From Macrostomum lignano (lineage: Eukaryota), in the NCBI GenBank assembly GCA_002269645.1, contig NIVC01003948.1, positions 4,104-68,103 of the forward strand: 64,000 nucleotides of DNA, given 5' to 3'. Both the position numbers and the translations under genes were made by a program. Of this stretch, positions 22,945 through 61,500 are shown in pieces. A model generated the notes under the pieces. That model saw only the letters and a list, made by a program, of their open reading frames with translations, did not search any database and was not told the DNA's origin. The stretch's first letter is position 1. Each line of letters opens with the position of its first letter.

Positions 22945-23979
22945 TCAAGAGTCGCCGGCACCCACCGCCTTGCCCGGCGCCGAAGCCTTGGTCGGCTTTT
23001 TCACCTTCGACTCCTTCACCGACGGCAGTGCGCCCGTCGGCGGCCGGTGCCGACCGCAGCGCCGGATCTCGCCGCGCAGCCGGAGCAGCTCTGCCTCCAT
23101 GCTGGCCATTCGGGCGGCGCTGCGCGCCCTGGCGCCGATCTCCGCTCTACCGCGCGCCGCCGACGATTCCACAAGGTGGCGAATTGTGCGCTCCGATTGC
23201 ACCAGCTTGTTAGTCAGGGCCCGCTCCGCCACCGGCCACTGCACCTGGAAGTACAGCACCTCCTGCTGCAGCGGAGTGAGCTCAATGTTGGCTGGCAGCC
23301 AGCTGTCGCCGGATTCGTCGGGCCCATTCAGGCCAACCAGAGCGGACAGCCGTTCCGCGCCCTGCCTGACCTCCGACAGCAGCTGCTGCAGGTGCTCGGC
23401 CATCGACATCGAGTCCATGCCGCTGCGCCTGTGGCCTGCCACCGTCAGGATGGTCACCTCCTCGGCCGCCTCGCGATCCGAGTTGCTGCTCTGCTCGTTC
23501 ATCGCAGCTTTGAAGGCCGCCTCCGCCTCTGCCGTCGCCGTCGCTGCTGCTGGTGGTTTTCTGTTGAATCGGCTAGAAAGCAGATGCCTCAGCCGGCTGG
23601 CAGGCTTTCGGCTACTCTTTGCTGCGCTGGTGTTCGTGTCCAGGCACTCCTGCTGCTTCTGCTGCTGAGGTGGCGGCGGCGGAGCCAGCTGGGCCGACAG
23701 GCAGGCAGCGGCTATGCGCTGCGGCGCCGCATCGAGTAGCGCTAGTAGGGCGGCGCAGTTCTTTAGCAGCGCGGGGACGTACACGAACTCGCTGCTGCCT
23801 CGGCCTCGGCCTTTGCTGCCGACTGAGCCAGGCGGCCGGCGCAGCACCACAGGCGGGTAGCCGAGCCGGCGGCATTCGTGGTCCACGTTGTAAGCCGTGC
23901 TGACAAGCTCCGCCGCCGCGGATTCCGTCATGGCAGCTGCTGTACCGTCGAATGTCTTCGCTGTGGGATCGGCGGCCAT
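22945..23979 (-). CDS. Uncharacterised protein with a probable coiled-coil C-terminal part (about 344 aa from ATG 23979; may be one large exon of a spliced gene)
   Basis: Long GC-rich ORF with the same codon style as the verified exons. Possible internal donor GCG|GTGGGT near 22965 and possible downstream exons near 22.7 and 21.7 kb. Confidence 0.6.
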   Translation of the reverse strand: MAADPTAKTFDGTAAAMTESAAAELVSTAYNVDHECRRLGYPPVVLRRPPGSVGSKGRGRGSSEFVYVPALLKNCAALLALLDAAPQRIAAACLSAQLAPPPPPQQQKQQECLDTNTSAAKSSRKPASRLRHLLSSRFNRKPPAAATATAEAEAAFKAAMNEQSSNSDREAAEEVTILTVAGHRRSGMDSMSMAEHLQQLLSEVRQGAERLSALVGLNGPDESGDSWLPANIELTPLQQEVLYFQVQWPVAERALTNKLVQSERTIRHLVESSAARGRAEIGARARSAARMASMEAELLRLRGEIRRCGRHRPPTGALPSVKESKVKKPTKASAPGKAVGAGDS

Positions 23980-24185
23980 TTTCTCCTGTTCGGGACTTGC
24001 CAATTCTGCCCTGATTTTCAATGCTTTTCAATTGCGACTCTCCAGTCAGTCTATATTTATTGTCTGACCAGCAACTGTTCAATTTGAGTGACTCATGGGA
24101 GCTTTCAGCCATAGACAGCTGGCTGGGGAACCCGGCTGAGCTTAGGACAAATGAATCTAAATATGCTGGGTTAACAAAAATGGAG

Positions 24186-24613
<428 letters not shown>

Positions 24614-25252
24614 TAGTGTCTGTGTCTGTCTACATTGCCTATAATACTACTGCAAGTAGTTAACCGTAGCATTACAAAACCAGTCCAGTGCAGCAAGCAT
24701 TTCAAAGCTCCCGTGCCTCTTGGCGACCGTCAGTCTGGCTGAGACTAAAATAAGTTGAAAGCGCGCAAGACAAAAAAATGCAGAGCCATTCGTCACAGCT
24801 CCGCTCGGAATCTGCGTGTCCCCTCCCCACTTGAATTTAACTGGTTGTTGCGCGATGACGGCGTCTCCATCATCGGTCGCGGTTTGTATTCGACAAGGAC
24901 ACATACTTGGATTGCAGCAAAGGGCAACTGGAAGAGATAAGAGTGAAAGAGCGCGATTTAACGCCAAGGATGCGCAAACTGCACGCACTGTGCACAATTG
25001 GGAATACACTGTAGTGCCTGTGTAGCATTGGAAAGTAAAAACCATAGCTGACTGGATGCAATGCCAGTTCTGCTTTCCATCTCTTCTCTCTCCCCTTTCA
25101 CGTGTGCATGTGTACGAATCAAGCTTTTCTGTTGCACATTTCGCCATCCTGTCTGCGTATCCTTTGTGCTGCCCGTATTCGCAGCTGCGTGTGCCTCTCA
25201 TCTTTGATTGATTTCTGTAGAATTGTAAGGGCTGGTTGCAATTCTGCACTGC

Positions 25253-26207
25253 TGTGCACAGTCTTCTGTAGTGCCTGATCACACAGTCTTCTGTAATGCC
25301 TGATCACACAGTCTTCTGTAATGCCTGATCACACAGTCTTCTGTAATGCCTGATCACACAGTCTTCTGTAATGCCTGATTACACAGTCTTCTGTAATGCC
25401 TGATCACACAGTCTTCTGTAATGCCTGATCACACAGTCTTCTGTAATGCCTGATCACACAGTCTTCTGTAATGCCTGATCACACAGTCTTCTGTAATGCC
25501 TGATCACACAGTCTTCTGTAATGCCTGATCACACAGTCTTCTGTAATGCCTGATCACAGTCTTCTGTAATGCCTGATCACACAGTCTTCTGTAATGCCTG
25601 ATCACACAGTCTTCTGTAATGCCTGATCACACAGTCTTCTGTAATGCCTGATTACACAGTCTTCTGTAATGCCTGATCACACAGTCTTCTGTAATGCCTG
25701 ATCACACAGTCTTCTGTAATGCCTGATCACACAGTCTTCTGTAATGCCTGATCACACAGTCTTCTGTAATGCCTGATCACACAGTCTTCTGTAATGCCTG
25801 ATCACACAGCCCTCAGTAATGCCTGATCACACAGTCTTCTGTAATGCCTGATCACACAGCCCTCAGTAATTCCTGATTACACAGTCTTCTGTAATGCCTG
25901 ATTACACAGCCCTCAGTAATGCCTGATCACACAGTCTTCTGTAATGCCTGATCACAGTCTTCTGTAATGCCTGATCACACAGTCTTCTGTAATGCCTGAT
26001 TACACAGTCTTCTGTAATGCCTGATTACACAGCCCTCAGTAATGCCTGATCACACAGTCTTCTGTAATGCCTGATCACAGTCTTCTGTAATGCCTGATCA
26101 CACAGTCTTCTGTAATGCCTGATCACAGTCTTCTGTAATGCCTGATCACACAGTCTTCTGTAATGCCTGATTACACAGTCTTCTGTAATGCCTGATCACA
26201 CAGCCCT
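25253..26207. repeat. 25-bp minisatellite, about 38 units
   Basis: GTCTTCTGTAATGCCTGATCACACA. Confidence 0.95.
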
Positions 26208-26359
26208 CTGCATGGTCACTCCACGCTGTCTCCGCCACAACGCATTCTGCTGTTTGCAATCTGTGTACTTTTTCAGCCACAAGGCCACTTTTTACTGCAG
26301 TTGTAAATCACTGGCAAACTGCTGCTGCTGCTGCTGCAAAACTTTCCACCTATTTGCTA

Positions 26360-26530
26360 CGTTACGACCTGTTCCTGAGTGTTCAGGTCTGGCCAACAGG
26401 ACCTGCTCCTGAGTGTTCAGGTCTGGCTAACAGCACCTGTTCCTGAGTGTTCAGGTCTGGCCAACAGTACCTGCTCCTGAGTGTTCAGGTCTGGCCAACA
26501 GCACCTGTCCCTGATTGTTCAGGTCTGGCC
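26360..26530. repeat. 34-bp repeat, 5 units
   Basis: ACCTGTTCCTGAGTGTTCAGGTCTGGCCAACAG(N). Confidence 0.9.
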
Positions 26531-27044
26531 TCCTTAATTGCTTTCAGGCCATACAATATACAGGCAATACACTGCAGACGCTAGGCATCAAGCAAATGAA
26601 ATCGGTCTGACCCCTGTCTTCTTGAGTTTTCTATTGACGAGATTTCGGCCCAGCCGAGGCACTGCCAGATGGGCCAATTCTTTTGGGAGAAAAATAGAGC
26701 CAAGGCGCGGATGCAGAAGTCGCAGTTTCCGCATAAAACTTCCATTTTTCTCCATACTTTTATTCTACACCTTTCCTAGCCGAGTCGCAATCCCCATCTT
26801 AAATGTTCCTCTTTAATGTTCATCCACAGTCATAACCGTATTCGTGAAAAAAGCACAATTGCGTCGAAAGATGACTTGGAAACGATTAAACGATTCGTTT
26901 GAAAATCCGCAAGACGATTCGGAGCGGGGCTTCTTTGAGGGTCAGACAGTCGGGACACCACTAAGCTGGGGCTGTAATACGCAATTAGACTTAGTTCGTT
27001 CGCTAAAGAGCCCTGAGCTTTGAGCTTTAAGGATACTAGAATAG

Positions 27045-28530
27045 CCCCAAGCGGTAACTGACACAATCATGTTTCAGATCGGGATGCCACAATGACCCGA
27101 AGCGGTAACTGACACAATCATGTTTCAGATCGGGATGCCACAATGACCCGAAGCGGTAACTGACACAATCATGTTTCAGATCGGGATGCCACAATGACCC
27201 GAAGCGGTAACTGACACAATCATGTTTCAGATCGGGATGCCACAACGACCCGAAGCGGTAACTGACACAATCATGTTTCAGATCGGGATGCCACAATGAC
27301 CCGAAGCGGTAACTGACACAATCATGTTTCAGATCGGGATGCCACAATGACCCGAAGCGGTAACTGACACAATCATGTTTCAGATCGGGATGCCACAATG
27401 ACCCGAAGCGGTAACTGACACAATCATGTTTCAGATCGGGATGCCACAATGACCCGAAGCGGTAACTGACACAATCATGTTTCAGATCGGGATGCCACAA
27501 TGACCCGAAGCGATAACTGACACAATCATGTTTCAGATCGGGATGTCACAATGACCCGAAGCGGTAACTGACACAATCATGTTTCAGATCGGGATGTCAC
27601 AATGACCCGAAGCGGTAACTGACACAATCATGTTTCAGATCGGGATGCCACAACGACCCGAAGCGGTAACTGACACAATCATGTTTCAGATCGGGATGCC
27701 ACAATGACCCGAAGCGGTAACTGACACAATCATGTTTCAGATCGGGATGCCACAATGACCCGAAGCGGTAACTGACACAATCATGTTTCAGATCGGGATG
27801 CCACAATGACCCGAAGCGGTAACTGACACAATCATGTTTCAGATCGGGATGTCACAATGACCCGAAGCGGTAACTGACACAATCATGTTTCAGATCGGGA
27901 TGCCACAATGACCCGAAGCGATAACTGACACAATCATGTTTCAGATCGGCATGCCACAACGACCCGAAGCGGTAACTGACACAATCATGTTTCAGATCGG
28001 GATGCCACAACGACCCGAAGCGGTAACTGACACAATCATATTTCAGGTGGGGATGCCACAATGACCCGAAGCGGTAACTGACACAATCATATTTCAGGTG
28101 GGGATGCCACAATGACCCGAAGCGGTAACTGACACAATCATATTTCAGGTGGGGATGCCACAATGACCCGAAGCGGTAACTGACACAATCATGTTTCAGA
28201 TCGGGATGCCACAACGACCCGAAGCGGTAACTGACACAATCATGTTTCAGATCGGGATGCCACAATGACCCGAAGCGGTAACTGACACAATCATGTTTCA
28301 GATCGGGATGCCACAATGACCCGAAGCGGTAACTGACACAATCATGTTTCAGATCGGGATGCCACAATGACCCGAAGCGGTAACTGACACAATCATGTTT
28401 CAGGTGGGGATGCTACAATGACCCGAAGCGGTAACTGACACAATCATGTTTCAGGTGGGGATGCTACAATAACCCGAAGCGGTAACTGACACACTCTTTT
28501 CAGGTTTCAGGTGGGGATGCTACAAAGACC
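27045..28530. repeat. 51-bp satellite, about 29 units
   Basis: GTAACTGACACAATCATGTTTCAG+ATCGGGATGCCACAATGACCCGAAGCG. Confidence 0.95.
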
Positions 28531-29307
28531 CTCATTAATTGTAGCTCTTTGTACGTACTAGGGCAGTAGGTTAGAATTTGCGGCACCCCTTCAGAGCATT
28601 TTTCATAGCTAGAAAATAAACAAGAATTGACGAAGTATTTAGTGCGCATCTTTTTATATACGCCTTCCCTCCTATACACCTACCAAGGGACAAAGCAATG
28701 TCGAAGACAGACAAAACCAGCTTGGATTCCGCCAGCCATGGTGTCCGTGGTTGGAGGGAGGAAAATTATCAAGCGTTTGCAAGTTCCGCTGTTCAACGGC
28801 ACCAACTGCACAGAACTATGGGGGGGGGGGTTATTGCCGGGCGCAGAAGACTAAATTGATGGCTCGAGTGGCTTCATGGGGACCCTGAGTGTAGGGGGGG
28901 GGGGGGGCAAGGATAGGTGAGGGGGGTCGGCTGGCTGTCTTGCCGCGCTATTTGTACTTTTTTCATATCCGGCCGAAACAATTGCAGGAAAAGAAGGGGG
29001 CGGAGAACTTGATGCAGCTGGTCCCAGCAGCCTACATGGCGCTTCCAGCTGTCTGGGATGGGCTGCTGCTGGAAATTCCCCAGCCCACAACAATTCTGCC
29101 CAAGCCAATCCCTGGTCCCAGGGCTGGCTTTCTCGGCCTCAGCCCCGGAGCCTCGCTGTTGGCATTCCCAACTTGGCCGACCCCACCTCTCTCAGTCTGC
29201 AGGCAAAGCTGCCCGGGCAACAGCAGTTATCAAGGCTTACGGGACGGCTAATGCGGTAGAAGGGCTTCCAATTCCACTGTTCAAAGCGGCGCAGCTTAGC
29301 AACAAAG

Positions 29308-55893
<26,586 letters not shown>

Positions 55894-56364
55894 ACTTTAT
55901 ATTTGCTCACTAACTGTGGAATTACATAATCTGACGTGGCTTAAGGACGTCTTAATAATAGATGGATTGCCGATAGAAGTTTTGAAGGCCGATTTTTATA
56001 ACCGCAGCGCTCCATCATAAATTGAAACACAATTGTTCTGGGCAATCTTACCAATTTTACCTGTGTCATTTACGAGTATTATTTATAAATATGAATATAT
56101 ATTTTCTAGTAAGTCCTATACCAGTAGTCTGTCGTCTGCCTTCTATTATAACTGTACTATAAGTTGCAGTATTCATGGCCTCTTTTGTTACATTTTCTCA
56201 CCATTTTTGTTTCTGATAACTTTATCCCCAAATGCATCAAATCAAGCTAAAGTATTTAGAATTTTAAACCTAAGTAAGGAAGACTCAAGCCTCGAGTATT
56301 AACAGCAAGTACAAATTTGATACGGTATCGTTACCCTTGGCAACATGCAGATCGCTCTGCAGTA

Positions 56365-56756
56365 CAGGGGTCGGCAAACTCCGGCCCGCAGGTCCTTTGA
56401 AAGTTCACAATGGCAATCCGACTCACTCGAGGTTTTTGTGTATTCTCATCTCTCTTCTCAGTTCTCTGCTCTCTCTCCTCTTCTCTCTCCCTCCTCTCTT
56501 CTCTCTCTCCTCTTCTCTCTCCCTCCTCTCTTCTCTCTCTCCTCTTCTCTCTCTCCTCTCTTCTCTCTCTCCTTTCTTCTCTTTTCAAATCATCTCTCAT
56601 CTCCTCTTTTCTTTCATTTCATCTCTGCTTTCTTCTTTCGTCTCATCTCTCTCCTCAGTTTTCTCATCTCTTATCTCTCCTTTCCTCTCTCATCTGGCCC
56701 GCAGTAATGAACTAGATATCTGGCCCTTTTTGAGATAAAAAAGCTGCCGACCCCTG
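56365..56756. mobile_element. 392-bp hAT (Charlie-like) MITE with a CT-rich interior
   Basis: Termini CAGGGGTCGGCAAACT and AGCTGCCGACCCCTG (12-bp perfect IR) with subterminal GGCCCGC motifs. The flanking 8-mers CTGCAGTA / CTCCATAT match only 4/8. Confidence 0.65.
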
Positions 56757-57267
56757 CTCCATATTTTAAAAACGATATTTCTGTTGCACAGGGAAATTTT
56801 GCTTTAAACTAAAATGTGCAAGCAGAGCGTTGTGTGTGCCTGCATGTACTGTACCTGCATGCTTCTGTCATATTTCTGTTTAATATGCAAAACTTATCGC
56901 AGAGCTTCCGCCTCCCCAGCCCACCGCACTAGACTCACTCGCCAGCTGAATCCTGTCGCCAGTCTTTCAGTTCCATTCCGAGGCCTGTTAGCAATGACTA
57001 TTGATATCGTGTAAACACGCAGGTAACATCCAGTGCTGCACTGATATCCATCATAGGCTTTGCTTTGCTTTAAATTCTCATCCGTTATTAATATTACGAT
57101 CTGCTTTTGTCACCTTGTCTCCTCAGCAATCCAGGATTATTTTTACCTGTATTGCCTTGTAATGGAGACTATAGTTTTTGCATAGATACAGAATAAATTT
57201 CTCTCTTACCTTTCAATTGCTATTTAAAACATGTTGCCAACCAATGGCGACAAACCAATAGAACCCA

Positions 57268-57458
57268 TTGCTAGGCAAGCTGTTGCTAAGCAAACTGTTG
57301 CTAAGCAGACTGTTGCTAAGCAGACTGTTGCTAAGCCGGTTGTTGCTAAGCCGACTGTTGCTAAGCCGATTGTTGCTAAGCCGATTGTTGCTAAGTAGAC
57401 TGTTGCTATGCAGACTGTTGCTCAGTAGGCTGTTGCTATGCAAACTGTTGCTAAGCAC
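57268..57458. repeat. 15-bp repeat, about 12 units
   Basis: TGTTGCTAAGCAGAC. Confidence 0.9.
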
Positions 57459-57779
57459 AGAATTACAGAGTTAACAAATCGCCTTAGCAACGCTCTCTAA
57501 CCATCCCTATCACTCGAGTACACACGTACGTCTTCAACAGGCTACTAAAATTAGTATGTAAACACAGGATGCATATTTTTGTGCTCGCAGAAAACTGATC
57601 AAATTTATTAGATTAAATTTGCATACACTTTTTTATTAACTTTTTAAGTGCAAAAGATTCGCTTCTATACTGAAGACAGAAAGTCGTGTGGTTTTGTGTT
57701 TATTCATTTCTTTACTTAATTGATATCTTGACAGTTTTAAGTCTATTCATGAAATCCACTATCTCCAAAAACTTTGAAG

Positions 57780-58220
57780 AGAGAGAAGAGAATGAAGAGA
57801 TAGATAGGGAAGACAGGGGGTGAAAAAATGAAGAAAATGGAGGAGAGAGAGGAAGAAAGGGAAGAAGAGACACGGGAGATGGGAGAGGTAAGAGAGAAGA
57901 GAGGAAGCAGGAGAGATGAGACAGGGGAAAGTGGAGAGAGGAGAGTTGGGGGGGATGGAGAGGGGTATGGGGAGGGGGAGAGGAGATATGAGAGGGAAGC
58001 GGGAGTTAGAGGAGAAAGGGAAGAAAGGGGAGAGGAGAAATGGGAAGATGAGAGGGAAGAGAGGAGAGATGAGAGGGAAGAGAGGGGAGAGGAGAGATGA
58101 GATGGAAGAGAGGAGAGATGAGAGGGAAGAGAGGAGAGATGAGAGGGAAGAGAGGAGAGATGAGAGGGAAGAGGGGAGAGATGAGAGGGAAGAGAGGGGA
58201 GAGGAGAGATGAGAGGTGAA
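57780..58220. repeat. GA-rich low-complexity block
   Basis: Direct reading. Confidence 0.85.
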
Positions 58221-58575
58221 AGGCCAGTGAATAAAGAGAGAATCTGAATTGTGAATAGCTTTACCTAAATAAAGTGCCATCCCCAGCGATCGAAAAATGT
58301 TTTCGATAAAGAATTTAAATGAGTAGATAATTTTTATCAACTTTCACCAATAACCCAATTGCCCAATTTCGAATGGTTAATATCAATAATTCGTACTCAA
58401 AAATTGCTTAAATTTCATCTCTTTTTCATCAGAAACAAAAGGACTCTCCTTTGAATTCACCAAATCCACAAAAAAAGAATTTTTCTGCTCTGAAACCGTC
58501 TTACAACCCTCGTAGTTTTATTTTATTAACGTGGGAATTTTATTTTCGGAGATTCGGTCGTTAACCACTAGGAGA

Positions 58576-61500
58576 CACACATGTCTTGAAGCCCTTTAAA
58601 GGGGAAAATAAAGTCAGCCTGAAATGACAATAATTTACACTCTCATCTGGACCTTAGCACAGCATATGTGCAATTTCAAAAAAATCTCCCGAGCTATCTC
58701 TGATTTACAGCACTTTATTACCATATGACCTAATTACTATTAGTTTTCAATATGCGTGATGCGAAAAATGAGTGTCTACATGAGTTTGTGAAATTTGAAA
58801 AATATGATCCTAAAACAAGTCAGAAACTTTTCATTATAATTCATAGGTATGCCATCACCTTACAAAGTCCAAAGTATAAAGTATAAATTGAAACATCAAT
58901 GAATAATTGTGACAAAATGTAACAAAAAACAGCATAAACACTCGTACAGTACAGTACAGAGAATGCTACATAAAAGTGGACAAAGAAGCAATGCGCAAAA
59001 TTGTGCGTGAGTGATGCAAGGCATGGAGGGCATATTATTCTAGATATTTTTCTATCGCTTGCTTTTGAGTTGTAGCTATTATTCCCTCCTCATACGTAGC
59101 TACCATCTCATTGGCTGTGAGCCTGTAAATTTGCTGCACAGCTCTCGTATTCATGCCATTTTGGCCCTTAGCATATCCTTCTATTAAATTCTGCTGAGTT
59201 TTCAAAGGAAGCTATTCCCTTTCCATGATGATGGGTAAGAACAAGGACTTCTGCGATATAAGTTTACCATAGAAAGAATTAAATTAAGGTTTCCACCAGC
59301 TACCTAATGTATTCCTATCATTAATTCAATAATAAATAAAAGAAAAAATAACTTTAGGGTCCTATCGGGATAAGACAATAGCTAGCGATCATCTAGTCTT
59401 TTTTAGATTTCATTTTCTAGTGAACTAACAATCTCTATGCATGCATTGCAAAGCTGGAATGGAATTTTGAAATGCGGACATTGTATTTCGGTGGGTTGAA
59501 TGGGTAAGATAACACGCTTTTTGAAAGATTCCAATTATTTACTTCCTGTTTATGTTCTGTTTAATTTCGCTTTCCACTCTACAGGGTCTGACTAAGAACT
59601 ATTTGTTCATCCCAATAAAGAAAAATGTATAATCCTAATTCGCAGTCTTGATTGATTTAGCTAGTTCACATTTTGTTTAAGCATGACGAGAGCAGTATGC
59701 AACAACACACTTGCGCAGTCGATCTGGATACGATGGATGATGAAAATCGATCCGAAAGTCTTGCCACATGCTGCTGAAATCGTGGTGTGCAGTCTCAACC
59801 ACCTGCTCAGACCAGAAGCCAAGTCCCTTCTTAGGTTCTCCAGCTAGATTGGACATGTTCAAAAACTGGACAACGTGGTCAATAACAGCGTGGACTTTCG
59901 GGGTGACGCGGATTCCAAGATCGATATAGGCTTGTTCGAATGCCCGGACTCGATTCTCAAAGTCTCCACACACACTCATACCAAAGCACGAGGCCTTCAC
60001 ATCGCGGAAGCAGCGTAGGGCGTGAGCTACAGGCATTGCCGAAAACACATTGTGCTGAGCCAGCATTCCAATCAAAATGTCGACGCCATTTAGAAGACAC
60101 TCGCAGGCGTTCCCGGCAAAGTTCCCACCGTTCTGCAATGGTCGTCGAAGGCCAAGCTGCTGTAGCCAGTCATCGGTGCTTATCTGACAGTCTTCGAGTC
60201 CTCGCAGTTGAGTGTCCAGTTCTTCGAATAGTCGATTGGTCACGCCAAGCAAGAGATGCAGCCCCATTGGTGGAATGGCCTGGAGCACCATCGTGCTGTC
60301 TGGAACTTCGAGCAGAGGAGGACGCACACAGTTTTTGAAAGCAGCAGCAGACACGTTGCGCGGCGCTTTTTCTTCTACAGTGCGCTGGTACTCAAATGCC
60401 TGTAACCGAATACCGCCGATCGATCTCAACACGTTCGTGCGGTCTGGATTAGAAAAATCGATCCTGGCAGTCTCGCACCAAGGGCAGGGATGGGTGCTGC
60501 TGCAGCACTGAATTCCCAGGATCGCATTCGAAATTTTCATATCAACTGCTGCACAGAATGAAAATCCTTGCAAATTAAGAAGATTCAGGATCTGCTGCAG
60601 ATTATCGTAGGACTCGGAAACAGATTCGGCAATGGCAAGCAGGAGCAGTTTACGGACTCCTCCATCCTCAAAATGGAAACGGCATGCGCCTTCTGCGTAC
60701 GTGCTGCGACTTCCGGTAGGTTGATCTTTTAAACCTTGAGCAGGCACAATGCTAACACAAAACTTTAAGAAGCCGCCTCCGCTGTCGATGCCAACTTTAA
60801 TCAATGCGCCGTCATCTGCACTGACCTGACGACGTGCCATCACTCTGTCAATCAGAGCCAGAGGATCAGTGCAGAATACAATGCTGCGCATTTCCCTTTT
60901 TCCTTTGGCACAGTCCATCTCTAGGTTAGTCAACTCAAACAAATCATCTAGAGCAGAGTCGATGGCGCTCAGTTTGCTGCGCAAATTTGGCTCAATGCTT
61001 TTGCGTCCTTTCCATGCTCGAAAAAATTGAGCGGCCAACTTAGTTTGCCGACCGCTCAAACACAGCGTCTGCTGGAATCGGCTGAATTCCTCTGCTGGTA
61101 CGGCGCAGCCACCTCTCATTGATGTAGAACTACCAGCCCGTTGCCCAACACACACTGTAAGATCACGACCTCTAGTTGCCAATTGAAATCTAGAGTTTGA
61201 GCCGGTGGAAGCAGCCTTAGCTTTAATCACGTCACTTGCGTGGATTTCGGCACCTCGACGGTCTAGCGACAACTTACTGAATAGATTTTCTCGTCGCTGT
61301 GTTTGCGTGCAGTAGTGAGGCAAACCTCTGCCAACCATTGAGTGGCAGCGCTGGCAGATGACAACAGGTTGTGCCGGTGGCAGACCATGATCTGGATCCG
61401 AACACGCGGGTCGTCCAAGCGAATGTGGCTCTGGTTTCCATGTTCCCAGTCCTTTCCCAATCGGGTTGAACCGGGCAGTCTCACATATTTTGCAAGCACA

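Noticed and set aside
22870-23739. Plus-strand ORFs of 289 and 232 aa
   Set aside because: Shadows of the GC-rich minus-strand ORF, with Arg/Ser-rich composition typical of off-frame reading.
58700-59676. RAG2-like partner gene inside the Chapaev element
   Set aside because: No ORF of 60 aa or more and no kelch/PHD-like sequence 3' of the transposase. The 4-bp TSD argues against a RAGL/Transib element (5 bp).
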